Assembly (NCBI GenBank): GCA_918797485.1
Contig: CAKKNE010000005.1
Span: 2,480,001-2,544,000, forward strand
Origin: Pelagomonas calceolata
Lineage: Eukaryota
Direction: 5' to 3'
Length of the DNA: 64,000 nt
This document shows positions 22,639 to 32,425 of the stretch, piece by piece. Below the pieces are notes generated by a model, which saw only the letters and a list, made by a program, of their open reading frames with translations, was not told where the DNA came from and did no database searches. The first letter of the stretch is position 1, and each line of letters begins with the position of its first letter. The translations under genes and the position numbers were made by a program.

Positions 22639-25600
22639 TCAGAGCTCCTCCGACACGAGGTCGGGCGGCGGCGGCGACGGCGGCCGCGGCACAAGCGGCG
22701 CTTCACTTTTTTTAACGACGTCGCCGGACGGCGCGCGCGGCGTCGGCACGGGGTCCGGCCGCTTCGTCTCGGCCACTGTTTCTCCCCTAGGCGGCGCTGA
22801 AAACGAGAAGTCCTTCCACGCGTTGTTCGACCGCAGTCTCCTGATTTCCTCGTCGTCGCCCGCCAAGGACGCCGTTTGCCTTGATATCCGAGCCTCACGA
22901 GAGGTCTGCGGCTGCGCGGCCGCGTCCGAATCGTGGAACTCGTCGGCGATGGACGCGGCCCGGCGATCCGTGACCCGCCGAGGTACATAAGCGATATCCG
23001 CCGCATGCTCGAGCGCGGGCACCCAGGGCGGCGGCAGGCGCCGCTGCTCCAGAGCTTCCCAATCGATAGCTTCGAAGTACTTTTGGTGCTTGATCTCATC
23101 TTCGCCCCGATGCATATCTGAAGAATCGCGGTCCACGCCGACGGTCGTCGTATCGGAATTAGTCTTGCCCATCATCCTGCCTAGTAGTCCAGTTCGCTGT
23201 GGAGGTGTTTCGTCGGAAGGCGGCTCTTCGACCGTCGTCAGTCGTTTGACGCCGAACCTTCGCTCCGGCCGCTTCTCCAGCAGGTTCGTCAGCAACTCAA
23301 TCAACTCGTTCGAAAAGTCCAACGGAAACGGCGGCGGCAGATGTAATATCGCGTAGAACATGCGCCGTCGATTCTGGTCCTCGAACGGAGGTCGGCCGGA
23401 AGCCATCTCGAAGATGAGTGCGCCGAGCGCCCACCAGTCCACCGACGTGCCGTAGGCGTGGCCTACGAGTAATTCGGGAGCCATGTACGTCACCGTGCCA
23501 CAAAACGATCGGAGGGGCGCGCCGTCCTCGTGGACACCCAAGGCGCACAAACCAAAATCCGTCAGGGCGACGTCGCCTCTGGAGTCGAGCAAGACGTTGC
23601 CCGGTTTTAAGTCGCGGTGGACGACACCGGCGGCGTGGCAGTGGCGTAGAGCGCACACTAATTCTGCGCCGTAGTATAGCGTTCTTGGATCTCCTAATCC
23701 GGTAGGATGGGCGTCGTCCAGGTGCCGCTCTAGGGAGCCACCGGCGTAGAAATCAGTAACCAAGTACAATCGAGCTCGAGACTGGAACGCGTAGCGCAGT
23801 CGCACGACAAATGGATGCCTTAGTGAGGCGAGAGTTTGTCGCTCGGCTCTGGTATGGGCCGCCTGTCCCGTGTTCCGCACGACCTCCTTATCCAACACTT
23901 TCACGGCGAAGGCCCGCCCGTGCTCCGTTCCCGCGGTCTTCGTCGCCAGTAAAACTCGACCGAAAGCCCCCTTGCCGATGACGTGAGTGACTTCGAAGTC
24001 CCCGACTTTGGTAGAAGCTCGCCTTTTAGCCGTCGAGGGCGGCCGACTATTGGTCGAGGAGGGCGTGTCCGGCGGCGGGCCGGGCGGCGGCGGCGGCGGC
24101 GGCGGCGGCGGGCCGCGCGGCGTCGCCCGCGCGCCCCGTAGTTGATTATCATACACCTCCCAGTCGTCGGGAGACTTCGGCGGGGTCCGCAGTCGTCCCC
24201 TATCGCTCTGCGACTGCGCGTCCTTCCGGATCTGATCAATCTCGGACCCGCGCCGCGCAAATGCTAAAACATCGGCCGGCCAGCCGCTCGCGTCGTCCAA
24301 GACGCCGCCCAACGAATCCTGGGGGTCGTCCAGTAGTAATTCAGCGTCGCCGTCGACGCCCCAGGCCGTATCTAACCTGCCTAACTCGACGTCGGCCTCC
24401 TTCGTGTCCTCTGAATCTAAATTGGCGCGCTTCACTTGTGTCCGTGGCCGTCTCCACATAAATGCGACGCAGCAGCAGATCAGCGCCGCGGCGGCGACGC
24501 ACACGATGATGATGATGTACAGCAAGCTGTTGTTCGAGGAGGACTTCTTGCTGCTCTTCAGCGACGTCGGCGCCGCCGTCGGCGCTGGCGAAGGTTTTGG
24601 TGAAGGCGCTGGCGACGTCGTCGGCGAGGCCGTCGACGGCATCGGCGTCGTCGGCTCGGGGCTTATGGACGGCGCCGGCGACGGCGGGATGAAGGTCGTC
24701 GGCGCGAACGTGGGCGGCACGGACGGGAACTCCGTCGGGTTTGACGAGGGTTTTGGTGTCACCGTCGGCGCGGCCGTCGGGTGGAAGTCGAACATCCGTA
24801 TGGAGTCGAGCGCGAAGTCCGAGAGGGCGCCGGAGCCGGTCGTCGCGACGAAGGAGACGTATGACGTACCGGGAGGCAGGTGGACGACGGCCTCCTCCCA
24901 GACTCTGGCAGGATTATCTCCGGAGACGGACCATAATTCAACTTCAGTGTAGTCGTTCTCATCGACGCAGTCGTAGGTCCAGCACCCCGTGACCGTGACC
25001 TGTAAGGTACCTAGGTCGGCGCCGTACATCATGTAGGCGAAGCCCAGGGCCACTTCGCACGACGGCGGCCAGAGCCAATCACCCAGACTAGAAGGGTACG
25101 TCGGCGAGTCCAGCCGGAACACTTTCGAGGGATAGGCGTTGTCCGCCATCTGATTCGAGCGGAACGTCCCCGAATTGTCGCACCGCACGAACGCCCACGG
25201 CTGGTCGGGGCCCTCTGAACTCTCGAGCGCGCCCGTTTCAAGACCATCGGCCTTCGACGTGTCCGACCGCGACCAGCACCGCTCAAAGCCGCCGAGGCAC
25301 ACGAAGTCGTCCTCCACAATATCGTAGAACTCGCCGCCCTTCCAATCTCCCCACCCTTCACCGCCGTCGCTCACCTCGAAGCTCACGGCGAGGGGCCACT
25401 GCGCTTCTAGATCGGCGACTCTACAATATAATGTAGGCGCGGCCGTCGTCGGCACGGCCGTCGTCGGCTTTGGTGTGGGCATGCCTGTCGGTACGTTCGT
25501 GGGCACCTCGCTCGGCGCTGCGGTGGGTTCCGCGGTCGTGGGCCTGGCCGTCGTCGGCTTTGCTGTAGTCGGCGCGGCCGTCGTGGGCCGCGCCGTCGAA

Positions 25601-25761
25601 GGCGCCGCCGTCGTGGGTTGTGGAGTCGTGGGCCGCGCCGTCGACGGCGCGGCCGTCGTCGGCCGCGCGGTCGTCGGCGCCGGCGTGGGCCGCGGCGTCG
25701 GATCTTGGGCGACGGCTAGGCCGACCAGGGCGACCAGCGCCAGCTGGCGCGCCCTCGCCAT
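22639..25761 (-). CDS. Receptor-like kinase: signal peptide, P/T stalks, MAM domain, TM helix, AGC-group Ser/Thr kinase
   Basis: Signal MARARQLALVALVGLAVA; MAM-like FAYMMYGADLGTLQV..W.VSG..DFALDSI; TM LLYIIIIVCVAAAALICCCVAFM; kinase IGKGAFGRV, HRDLKPGN, DFG, SFCGTVTYMAPE, VDWWALG; AGC tail PPPWVP..WKDFSF. Confidence 0.9.
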   Translation of the reverse strand: MARARQLALVALVGLAVAQDPTPRPTPAPTTARPTTAAPSTARPTTPQPTTAAPSTARPTTAAPTTAKPTTARPTTAEPTAAPSEVPTNVPTGMPTPKPTTAVPTTAAPTLYCRVADLEAQWPLAVSFEVSDGGEGWGDWKGGEFYDIVEDDFVCLGGFERCWSRSDTSKADGLETGALESSEGPDQPWAFVRCDNSGTFRSNQMADNAYPSKVFRLDSPTYPSSLGDWLWPPSCEVALGFAYMMYGADLGTLQVTVTGCWTYDCVDENDYTEVELWSVSGDNPARVWEEAVVHLPPGTSYVSFVATTGSGALSDFALDSIRMFDFHPTAAPTVTPKPSSNPTEFPSVPPTFAPTTFIPPSPAPSISPEPTTPMPSTASPTTSPAPSPKPSPAPTAAPTSLKSSKKSSSNNSLLYIIIIVCVAAAALICCCVAFMWRRPRTQVKRANLDSEDTKEADVELGRLDTAWGVDGDAELLLDDPQDSLGGVLDDASGWPADVLAFARRGSEIDQIRKDAQSQSDRGRLRTPPKSPDDWEVYDNQLRGARATPRGPPPPPPPPPPGPPPDTPSSTNSRPPSTAKRRASTKVGDFEVTHVIGKGAFGRVLLATKTAGTEHGRAFAVKVLDKEVVRNTGQAAHTRAERQTLASLRHPFVVRLRYAFQSRARLYLVTDFYAGGSLERHLDDAHPTGLGDPRTLYYGAELVCALRHCHAAGVVHRDLKPGNVLLDSRGDVALTDFGLCALGVHEDGAPLRSFCGTVTYMAPELLVGHAYGTSVDWWALGALIFEMASGRPPFEDQNRRRMFYAILHLPPPFPLDFSNELIELLTNLLEKRPERRFGVKRLTTVEEPPSDETPPQRTGLLGRMMGKTNSDTTTVGVDRDSSDMHRGEDEIKHQKYFEAIDWEALEQRRLPPPWVPALEHAADIAYVPRRVTDRRAASIADEFHDSDAAAQPQTSREARISRQTASLAGDDEEIRRLRSNNAWKDFSFSAPPRGETVAETKRPDPVPTPRAPSGDVVKKSEAPLVPRPPSPPPPDLVSEEL

Positions 25762-26371
25762 CGCCTCGTCCTCACGCCAGAGGCGAAGACAATTGACCTC
25801 TCCAAGGGCCGCGGACCTAGGCAGCGAACCAAGCCTGGCTTCTTTTTCCGAGCGCTAAATTATGAATCCATTTTTGGGCTCGCAGGAGCAGCGCAACACG
25901 CCTCGCGGCTGCGGCTTTGCCGGTGCCTGCCAAAAACTCTCTTTGCTGCCTCGAAAGCAATCGAAATTAAATCAGCGCTCTCGGCCAGGCCGGCCGACGC
26001 GCTGGCGAAGACGGATCCGGAGCTCTCGCGGGCGAAACCGGAAATGGGTTGAAAAACGGGTTCAGAGTGGTTGCGGACTCGCGGCGCTGTAGAGCTCATA
26101 CAGCTCCCATCGCTGCCCGTAGTAGCACAGGAATCGTCTCTGTGCTCCGCTTCAGCCACCTGGCACGACTGCTGCGCGAGCGCCGCCGCCGCGGGCCAGC
26201 CAAAGCAGCACTCGCTGCTGCCGCCGCGCGCGACCACCGCGCCAGCGACCTCCGCCGCGAGGCGCTCGCACAAAAGCCGCACTCGCTGCCGCCAGCAATT
26301 GCACGTGCGCATACTGCCGCGCTCGCGTGCACCAACCGCCTCCGCCGGCGCTCGCTGCACATACCGCACCC

Positions 26372-26962
26372 ATGGCCGCCACGTCAAAGCGCTGGGGCGC
26401 GGGCCCACCTTCTGTTGATGACTTTGATGAATTAGTGTTCGACTTCGAGCCGTTTATCGCCGACATCCTGCCGCCGATGTCGATCACGGGGCATCACCAG
26501 TCGGAAAAAGCCCGACGCGAAGCGATCGAGCGCGCCGCGGTCTCGGCCCCGGCGGGCATGTCGCACCAGAAACTGGCGGAAAAGTACCGCACCGTCGTCT
26601 GCCGCCACTGGCTCCGGGGTTTGTGTATGAAAGGAGACAATTGCGAATTTTTGCACCAGATGGACATGGACCGCATGCCGGTGTGTCGGTGGGGCGAGAA
26701 CTGTCGCATCAAGGACTGCCCCTACAAGCACGAGGCCGAGGCCGACAAGCCGCAGTGCGTGTTTTATCAACAGGGGTTCTGCTACCACGGGCCCGAGTGC
26801 CGCTACCGCCACTGGAAGCAGGCGGCGGACAAGCGGCCGGCCATCGCCGACTTTAGCCTGGGCATCGCGCAGGGTCGGGACTTCAAACAAGCGGCCGCGG
26901 AGCGGCGGCGGCCGAGCGAGGCGCGGCCCGTGGGGATGCCGTCTTACGCTCTGCGGGGCTAA
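26372..26962 (+). CDS. CCCH zinc-finger protein, CPSF30/YTH1-like
   Basis: FDFE, then TVVCRHWLRGLCMKGDNCEFLH and two further CCCH fingers. Confidence 0.85.
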   Translation: MAATSKRWGAGPPSVDDFDELVFDFEPFIADILPPMSITGHHQSEKARREAIERAAVSAPAGMSHQKLAEKYRTVVCRHWLRGLCMKGDNCEFLHQMDMDRMPVCRWGENCRIKDCPYKHEAEADKPQCVFYQQGFCYHGPECRYRHWKQAADKRPAIADFSLGIAQGRDFKQAAAERRRPSEARPVGMPSYALRG

Positions 26963-27716
26963 GTCGTCTTGTGTGTAGTTCTTTCTCCTTCTCCTGGTCG
27001 CGGCCCAATGTGTAGCGTTCCTGGGCGCGCCAGCTATCGAGGGCAAGAGGCCGAGGGCAAGGCCGAGCTGTGGCTGTGGAAACACGTCGAATTCAGCCTA
27101 TATAACCCCCCTAGATTAGCCCAGGTCCACCCCCGCGTCGTTATCATATCTTCAGTAGTACTTCTTGCTATTGCGAGCGCGCGCGCGGCCGCGCGCGCGC
27201 TACACTGGTCAGAGATATGAAGCCAAGTTGATTTTTTGCCTTGGCCGCGCGCCGCGCGGACGCGCCGGGTCCAAGCTACCCACACGCGGCTCTCTGAAGG
27301 CCTCGTCGGCCGCGCCACGCACTCCTCGTTCCCCCGCCCGGTGGAGCTCGCGGTTCGCCCGCCTTCAATATCCGGCCGCGGCGAAACCGCCCCAGAGTTC
27401 GCCATCGCCGTCAAGGGTTCGCGTCGCAACTGAAAATTACCGCTCTCGTCCAAGTTGTCGCTCGAACGCAGGTGCTCGCGACCTGAAGACGAAGAAGACC
27501 AAGCGCTCGACCCCCGCCAGCCACAGCGCGTCGCCGCGAAGAAAGCACTGGTCTCCTCGCGCCCCCGCGGTCCGCGCGCGCTCCGCGCCGTCGCCGCGAG
27601 CGAGCCCGCGGCGACGCCTTCGCGAACACACACCTCCCACCGGCACGCAGTCGCCGCAAGCACGCTTCCGCGCCGCGGACGCGCCCCAGGGGCTCATGTT
27701 TTGCGACGCAGGCATC

Positions 27717-28676
27717 ATGTACATGCGCGCCGCCCTTCTGGCGCTCGCCCTCGGGCAGGCCTCGGCCCTGCTCAGTTCGCCTCCGAGCGACGACAAGCAC
27801 GCGTCGGCCCTGACTTCGCCTCCGAACGACGACAAGCACGCGTCGGCCCTGAGTTCGCCTCCGAGCGACGACAAGTTCGCCGTCCTTCGTGGGCTCGACG
27901 ACGCGCAGGTGATGGCCGAGGTTGCGCGGCGGAACCTGAACGCGTGCGACGGCGCGCCCCCTCAAGAACATCGCGCGCTGGCTGAGCTGCACTACTCTTT
28001 CAAGTACGAGTGCGAGTGCGACCCGACGCCGGAGCCGACGCCGGCGCCGTCGCCCTCTCCGACGGTCTCTCCCACGATTACGACTACGACGTCGACGAAG
28101 TGCGAGACGCACTTCCACTTTTCTGGCGAACACAAGGACTACCATGCGTGCCGGAATTATTGCGAGCATAAACATCCAATTGGGGACTGGCAGCTCCCGT
28201 GCCTCTACGACGAGCACGTGGACCTGGCGCTCGAAGCTGAGATGAGCGCCTACCCGTGCGGAATCATTTTCAAGGCCACAATTCTCACTCACTAGTCGAT
28301 GTACCACACAGAGTCGAGGGAGTTGAAGGGCGTCTGGCTCCCTTTCACTCGATATTATTATAATAAGTACTGGTCGTATCACAAGCACAAGTGGATTACA
28401 AAAACGAAGTGGAAGTGGGAAGGTTGCAAAGATATGCACGGACACGCGTACTGCGTGAAAGAAGGAAGCCACGTGCATGAGTGCGTGCCTAAGGAAAACA
28501 GCCACGGGGAAGGCCCACCGTACTTCCGCTGGGAGCCCGGTGAGCCTAACACTTCGGGCGGGTACGTCCGGAAGTCGTTCGCATCTGGCCACGACTGGGA
28601 GCATAACGGTGGGATGGCCGACATCAAGGGCGATTGTGTGGACTTCGAGTGTGTCTGCCAGAAGAAATGCCATTAG
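27717..28676 (+). CDS. Secreted C-type-lectin-like protein, one intron
   Basis: Signal peptide, 3x SPPSDDK, PT stalk, then YHACRNYC..LPCL..GVWL..WKWEGC..RWEPGEPN..CVCQK. The in-frame TAG at 28293 is removed by a proposed intron at 28246-28311. Confidence 0.7.
27774..27875 (+). repeat. 39-bp coding tandem repeat, ~2.6 copies
   Basis: Unit AGTTCGCCTCCGAGCGACGACAAGCACGCGTCGGCCCTG encodes SSPPSDDKHASAL. Confidence 0.9.
28246..28311 (+). mobile_element. Degenerate introner-derived intron, probably GC-AG (66 nt)
   Basis: CCGTGCGGAATCA...CTCACTAGTCGATGTACCACACAG resembles the family ends. A GC lies exactly 8 nt before the left TIR, and splicing gives EAEMKSRELKGVWL. Confidence 0.55.
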
Positions 28677-28750
28677 AGTATGCAAGACCGCCGCCGCCGG
28701 CCGCTCCGTGCGGCCGGCGGCGGCGCCAAGACCCGGTCGGCGTTGAGGAC

Positions 28751-28918
28751 GCCGGCGTGGTGGATTAAAGAGCCCGGCGCGGCGGTGCCGCCGGGAGACG
28801 CCCAAGACCCTTGCCCGTCGACGTTCTCGACGAGGCAACCACGCCGTCGGCGGTCGCTTCGCGCGGCCGCCGGCGTGGTGGATTAAGAGCCCGGCGCGGC
28901 GGTGCCGCCGGGAGACGC
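28751..28918. repeat. ~50-bp intergenic direct repeat, 2 copies
   Basis: GCCGGCGTGGTGGATTAA(A)GAGCCCGGCGCGGCGGTGCCGCCGGGAGACGC at 28751 and 28869. Confidence 0.85.
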
Positions 28919-29059
28919 TGACCACGGTCCCGTCCGGAAGGGCGCGCGAACCGTCACCGCGCTTGCCGTGGTGCTACATATCCCTTTGTCATCCCGCGGC
29001 GTCCGGGCGAGTCGCTCCCCCCTGACTGTAAAAAAAAAAATAATAATAATCGTCCACCA

Positions 29060-30386
29060 TTAGCTCCTCGGCGGCCACTCGTCCACCAGCACGCACCCCC
29101 GCTGGACGACGACGCCGCGGCGCCGGCACGCCGCGAGCACGGCCTCCCCGTCCGCGCCCGGCTGCGCGAAGATGAAGCGGACGCCCCGGTCGGCCAGCAC
29201 GTCCACCTCGCGCGCCCCGATGCGGGGCGACACGCACAGGTCGACGGCGTCGAGGGCGCCGCGCACGTCGGCGACCGTCGTGAGGCCGTCCTTGACGTAC
29301 GGCGAAACGCCCGCGCAGGACGCCGCCTCAGCCGAGACCCTCGCGAGGACGCGACTCGCGGGCTTGGCGGCGTTGAAGACGTCGCCGACGACGGCCCACC
29401 TACCGCGCGCCACGGCCGGCCGCCCCAGCACGGGCCCGAGTCGGGGGTAGACCAGCGGATAGCGTTCAGCAAACGCGCGCCGCGCCTCGACGACGTCGCG
29501 CAGCTGCGCCGCCAGCGTCGTCGTCGAAAGCCCCATGATGCTGTCGACGCCGCCCTCCACGCCGCGCACCTGTGTGGAAATCAAATTTCGGGCGCCCCAC
29601 GCCATCGACGCGACTTTGTCCTTGTGACTGCATCTGCTCAATGGTGTGGAGATTCTACGCCATTGACGCGTCCCCGTGAGTGCGTCTGCTCAATGGTGTG
29701 GAGATTTGAACCTAACTCACTGGTTCGGTTTCCACGCAGCCGCGCACGTGGGGCTGCAGGAGCGGGTGCTCGACCATGAGCCCGCCGGCGCACTGCAACA
29801 CCACGGGACCGTCGTCCGACGCCAGGATGTCGTCGACGAGCGTCGGGGGGAACTCGCCGAAGGCCACCGTCGCCTCGTGCACGTCGACGCGGCGCGTGCC
29901 GTGGAGGATGTCGTGCGTGATGACGCACCCCACGGTGCTGCAGCTACTACCTGAATAGCTCCGGGCGAAGCGCCGCGCCTCATCCAAATCCGCCGGCTTC
30001 TCGCGCACCCGCCCCTCGAACGTCACGACCTGGTCGCCGCAGACGAGCACGGCGTCGTCGTCGCCCTCGGTCGCGAAGTGCCGCTCGAGCAGCGCGTCGC
30101 ACTTGGCTCCGGCGATCGCGCGCACGAGGGTCCCGGGGTCGCCGGCGCGGTCGCCGATCGCGTCCTCGTCGACGTCCGCGACGCGCGTCTCGAAGCCCGC
30201 GCCGCCCATGGCCTCGAGCAGCGCGCGGCGCGACGCGGACTTCGAGCCCACGATTATGCGCGGCGTGTCCGCTGGCATGGGTGCGGCGCATTTGCGCGCC
30301 GCGTCCAGCGTGATCTCCGGCGGCGGCGCGAGCGCGCCGGCGCTGCGCGTCGAGAGAGCAGCCATCAGTGCGAGGCGCCGGCGCAT
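29060..30386 (-). CDS. Maf-family nucleotide pyrophosphatase fused to a YccU-like CoA-binding domain
   Basis: Exons 30386-29748 and 29569-29060. Maf motifs IIVGSKSASRRALL, VDEDAI, CGDQVV, REKP, AGG, EGGVDSIMGL; then WAVVGDV..KPA..DAVDLCV..FAQPG..GCVLV. Confidence 0.85.
29562..29747 (-). mobile_element. Intact introner element: 170-bp TIR element with 8-bp TSD, forming a 178-nt GT-AG intron
   Basis: TSD CCGCGCAC at 29562-29569 and 29740-29747; TIRs CTGTGTGGAAA (29570) and TTTCCACGCAG (ends 29739). The GT comes from the TSD and the AG from the TIR. Internal duplicate TCTGCTCAATGGTGTGGAGATT. Confidence 0.93.
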
Positions 30387-30602
30387 GAATCGATGGCCGT
30401 GCCCGCTGCTTAATAGAGGCACGCAGATGCACACAACTGCACACGGAGACCGCGAGCAGAGGTGATGCTGTGGCCGGCGTGAGTCTAGGGCTAGAAGGCG
30501 ACAGCGATGGATTTGCTGGCGTATTAAGCGAATCAATGCGGGACTGCGAGGTCTTACCTTGCCTCCCAGCCTGCAAACTCAGTCTCCGCGGCAGCAGCGC
30601 TA

Positions 30603-30625
30603 GCTAGCGGCTGTAAGACACTAGC
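30603..30625 (+). promoter_or_regulatory. Spaced palindromic intergenic motif copy
   Basis: GCTAGCG-GCTGTAAGA-CACTAGC, ~215 bp upstream of the Maf gene. Confidence 0.7.
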
Positions 30626-30732
30626 ATTTGCAAAAACCGCACGCTGTAGCGTCGCTTGCGGGGAAGTCGTGTGGCAACTCGATCGGTCCGGACGTACGAG
30701 ACAGGACCTCTTAGGACGGGGAGCATAGGAGC

Positions 30733-31317
30733 CTAGAAGATCCCGAACCAGCCCTTGGCCGCCTCCTTGCGCTCGGCCTTGACCTCGGCCTCGAGGACCT
30801 CGCGCTTCGTCTGCGCGTCGACGATGCGCTGCTGCTGGACCTTCTTCTGCTGGCCGAACATGTCCGCCAAGAAATTTTTTTGTTCGGCTTTGGATTGGAG
30901 CACGAGACTGCACGTCGGGCCCGCCCGGACCTCGATCGCGCGCATGACCCGATCGAGACCCGCGCCCCGCGTCGACCACATCTGGTTCCCGAAGGTCGCC
31001 GAGCACATCTGGATCGTGTCGCCCACTTTAACGTTGCCCACCGCTTCCGCATTACCGCCGGGCGTCACCTCCTTGACGTAGACGTCGCCGCCGGGCCGCG
31101 CGTCCAAGACGAGACCGAGCGGTTTCCGGATCGTGACCTTGCGCTCGCCCGCGCCGGCGTCGCGCGCGGCCCGCTCAAAGTCCGTGAGCCGGTTCTCCTG
31201 CTCGCCGTTGAAATTCGTGTTCGGCTGCCAGCTGTGTAGGGCTGTCCTTGGTTGGGTCGCGGTCGGCGGCACGAGGGCCAGCGCACCCGGCAGGGCCAGG
31301 GCGAGGAGGACACGCAT
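30733..31317 (-). CDS. Plastid-targeted PDZ-domain protein (resembles the MET1 PDZ region)
   Basis: Signal MRVLLALALPGALAL; RKPLGLVL..GGNAE..VKVGD..SATFGNQMW. Confidence 0.7.
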   Translation of the reverse strand: MRVLLALALPGALALVPPTATQPRTALHSWQPNTNFNGEQENRLTDFERAARDAGAGERKVTIRKPLGLVLDARPGGDVYVKEVTPGGNAEAVGNVKVGDTIQMCSATFGNQMWSTRGAGLDRVMRAIEVRAGPTCSLVLQSKAEQKNFLADMFGQQKKVQQQRIVDAQTKREVLEAEVKAERKEAAKGWFGIF

Positions 31318-31501
31318 TTTTGTGCTTGGCTTTATGTGCTTGCAAAGCGCTTGGCTTCGCGGCAGGAGCGACGAGCGATGCGGTTGAACCAAGTTATGTG
31401 CAGAGCGTTCACCCTGGTCACGTTCACTCAGTCTCAGCTGTAGGAGGATGGTCGTGAAGGGGCTCGTGCGGTGGCTTGGCTCTGCATCAGAGCTTGACAT
31501 G

Positions 31502-31524
31502 GCTAGTGTCTAAGCTACGCTAGA
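31502..31524 (-). promoter_or_regulatory. Spaced palindromic intergenic motif copy
   Basis: Minus strand TCTAGCG-TAGCTTAGA-CACTAGC, 185 bp upstream of the PDZ gene. Confidence 0.55.
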
Positions 31525-31612
31525 ATAACCAAGCGTCGCTACCCGAGTGGTCTGTCGCAATTTCACAAACACGTCACCTTACTCTCACTCACTCGCCACC
31601 AGTCCCCGAGGG

Positions 31613-31966
31613 TCACTCGTGCACGCCGTACGCGTCGCCGCCGGGCCGGTACGCCTCGGGCACGCGGTACGCGGCCGGCTGCGGGCGCGCGCGCTCGTGC
31701 CACGCCAGGCACTTGCGGTACGCGGCGAGCGGCGCCGCGCAATCCGCGAGGCCTCGCGCGCCGGCGGCGGCGTCCTGCGTCGCGCGAAAAGCGTGACGCG
31801 TTCACACGCCTTATGTTTTTGGACGCTGCGACCGCACTGCGACGTCCTTTTGCATGCCTGCTGCCGTAAAACAGTCAAAGAACTTCTGCGAGGGCTTCTC
31901 GCAGCCCTTGGGGGCCAGGGGGAAGCCGTCTGGCAGCGTCAGCTCCGCATCGCTGCTCGAAGCCAT
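31613..31966 (-). CDS. Small twin-CX9C protein (96 aa), two exons, not in the ORF track
   Basis: Exons 31966-31838 and 31774-31613, with a 63-nt GTGCGG..CGCAG intron. Translation: MASSSDAELTLPDGFPLAPKGCEKPSQKFFDCFTAAGMQKDVA|DAAAGARGLADCAAPLAAYRKCLAWHE...YRVPEAYR. Confidence 0.75.
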
Positions 31967-32425
31967 CTAAATCAATCGAGCGCTTGTGGATGGCAGTATG
32001 ACGACGTAAGCACAGATAGATGCACAGTCACACCACTAGCTCAGTACAGAGAGCAGCTCTCTGCCTCAGCCGCAGCTGGCGCGGGTGCTAAATCACCTTT
32101 GCTTGGAGCAGGTGTGCATTCCCTCCCAGGCATCTTGTTTAGCAGGAGCCCTCTTCTTCGGCGCTAGGTCGGCTCGCGGCTGAAGCTAAGTTCGAGACTC
32201 AAAGTTCGCACTCGACGTGTCTCTCCGTGGCTGCGCAGTGACAGCGCGCATGCTGGGCAGCCGAAAAGCGAGATAATTCGTCGCGCCAGTCGCCACAGAC
32301 AGCAGCCCAGGGTTTCACGTGTAACCGGAAGACACTCTCTGTGGCAGACCCCAGCCACAACCGGCAGCACCCACACCACCTTTCTCTGGCAGAGCCAGCT
32401 AACCGGTAGCACCCGCCTCAAGAAT

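Noticed and set aside
24580..25700. PT-rich repeats here and at 61070-61490 as DNA-level elements
   Set aside because: They encode ordinary mucin-like protein stalks.
28293..28295. In-frame TAG as stop readthrough or recoding
   Set aside because: It lies within an introner-like 66-nt segment whose removal restores a sensible lectin sequence, and other genes here use TAG as a normal stop.
27774..28918. Short repeats as a CRISPR array
   Set aside because: Only 2-3 copies, no unique equal-length spacers, no cas genes, and a eukaryotic context.
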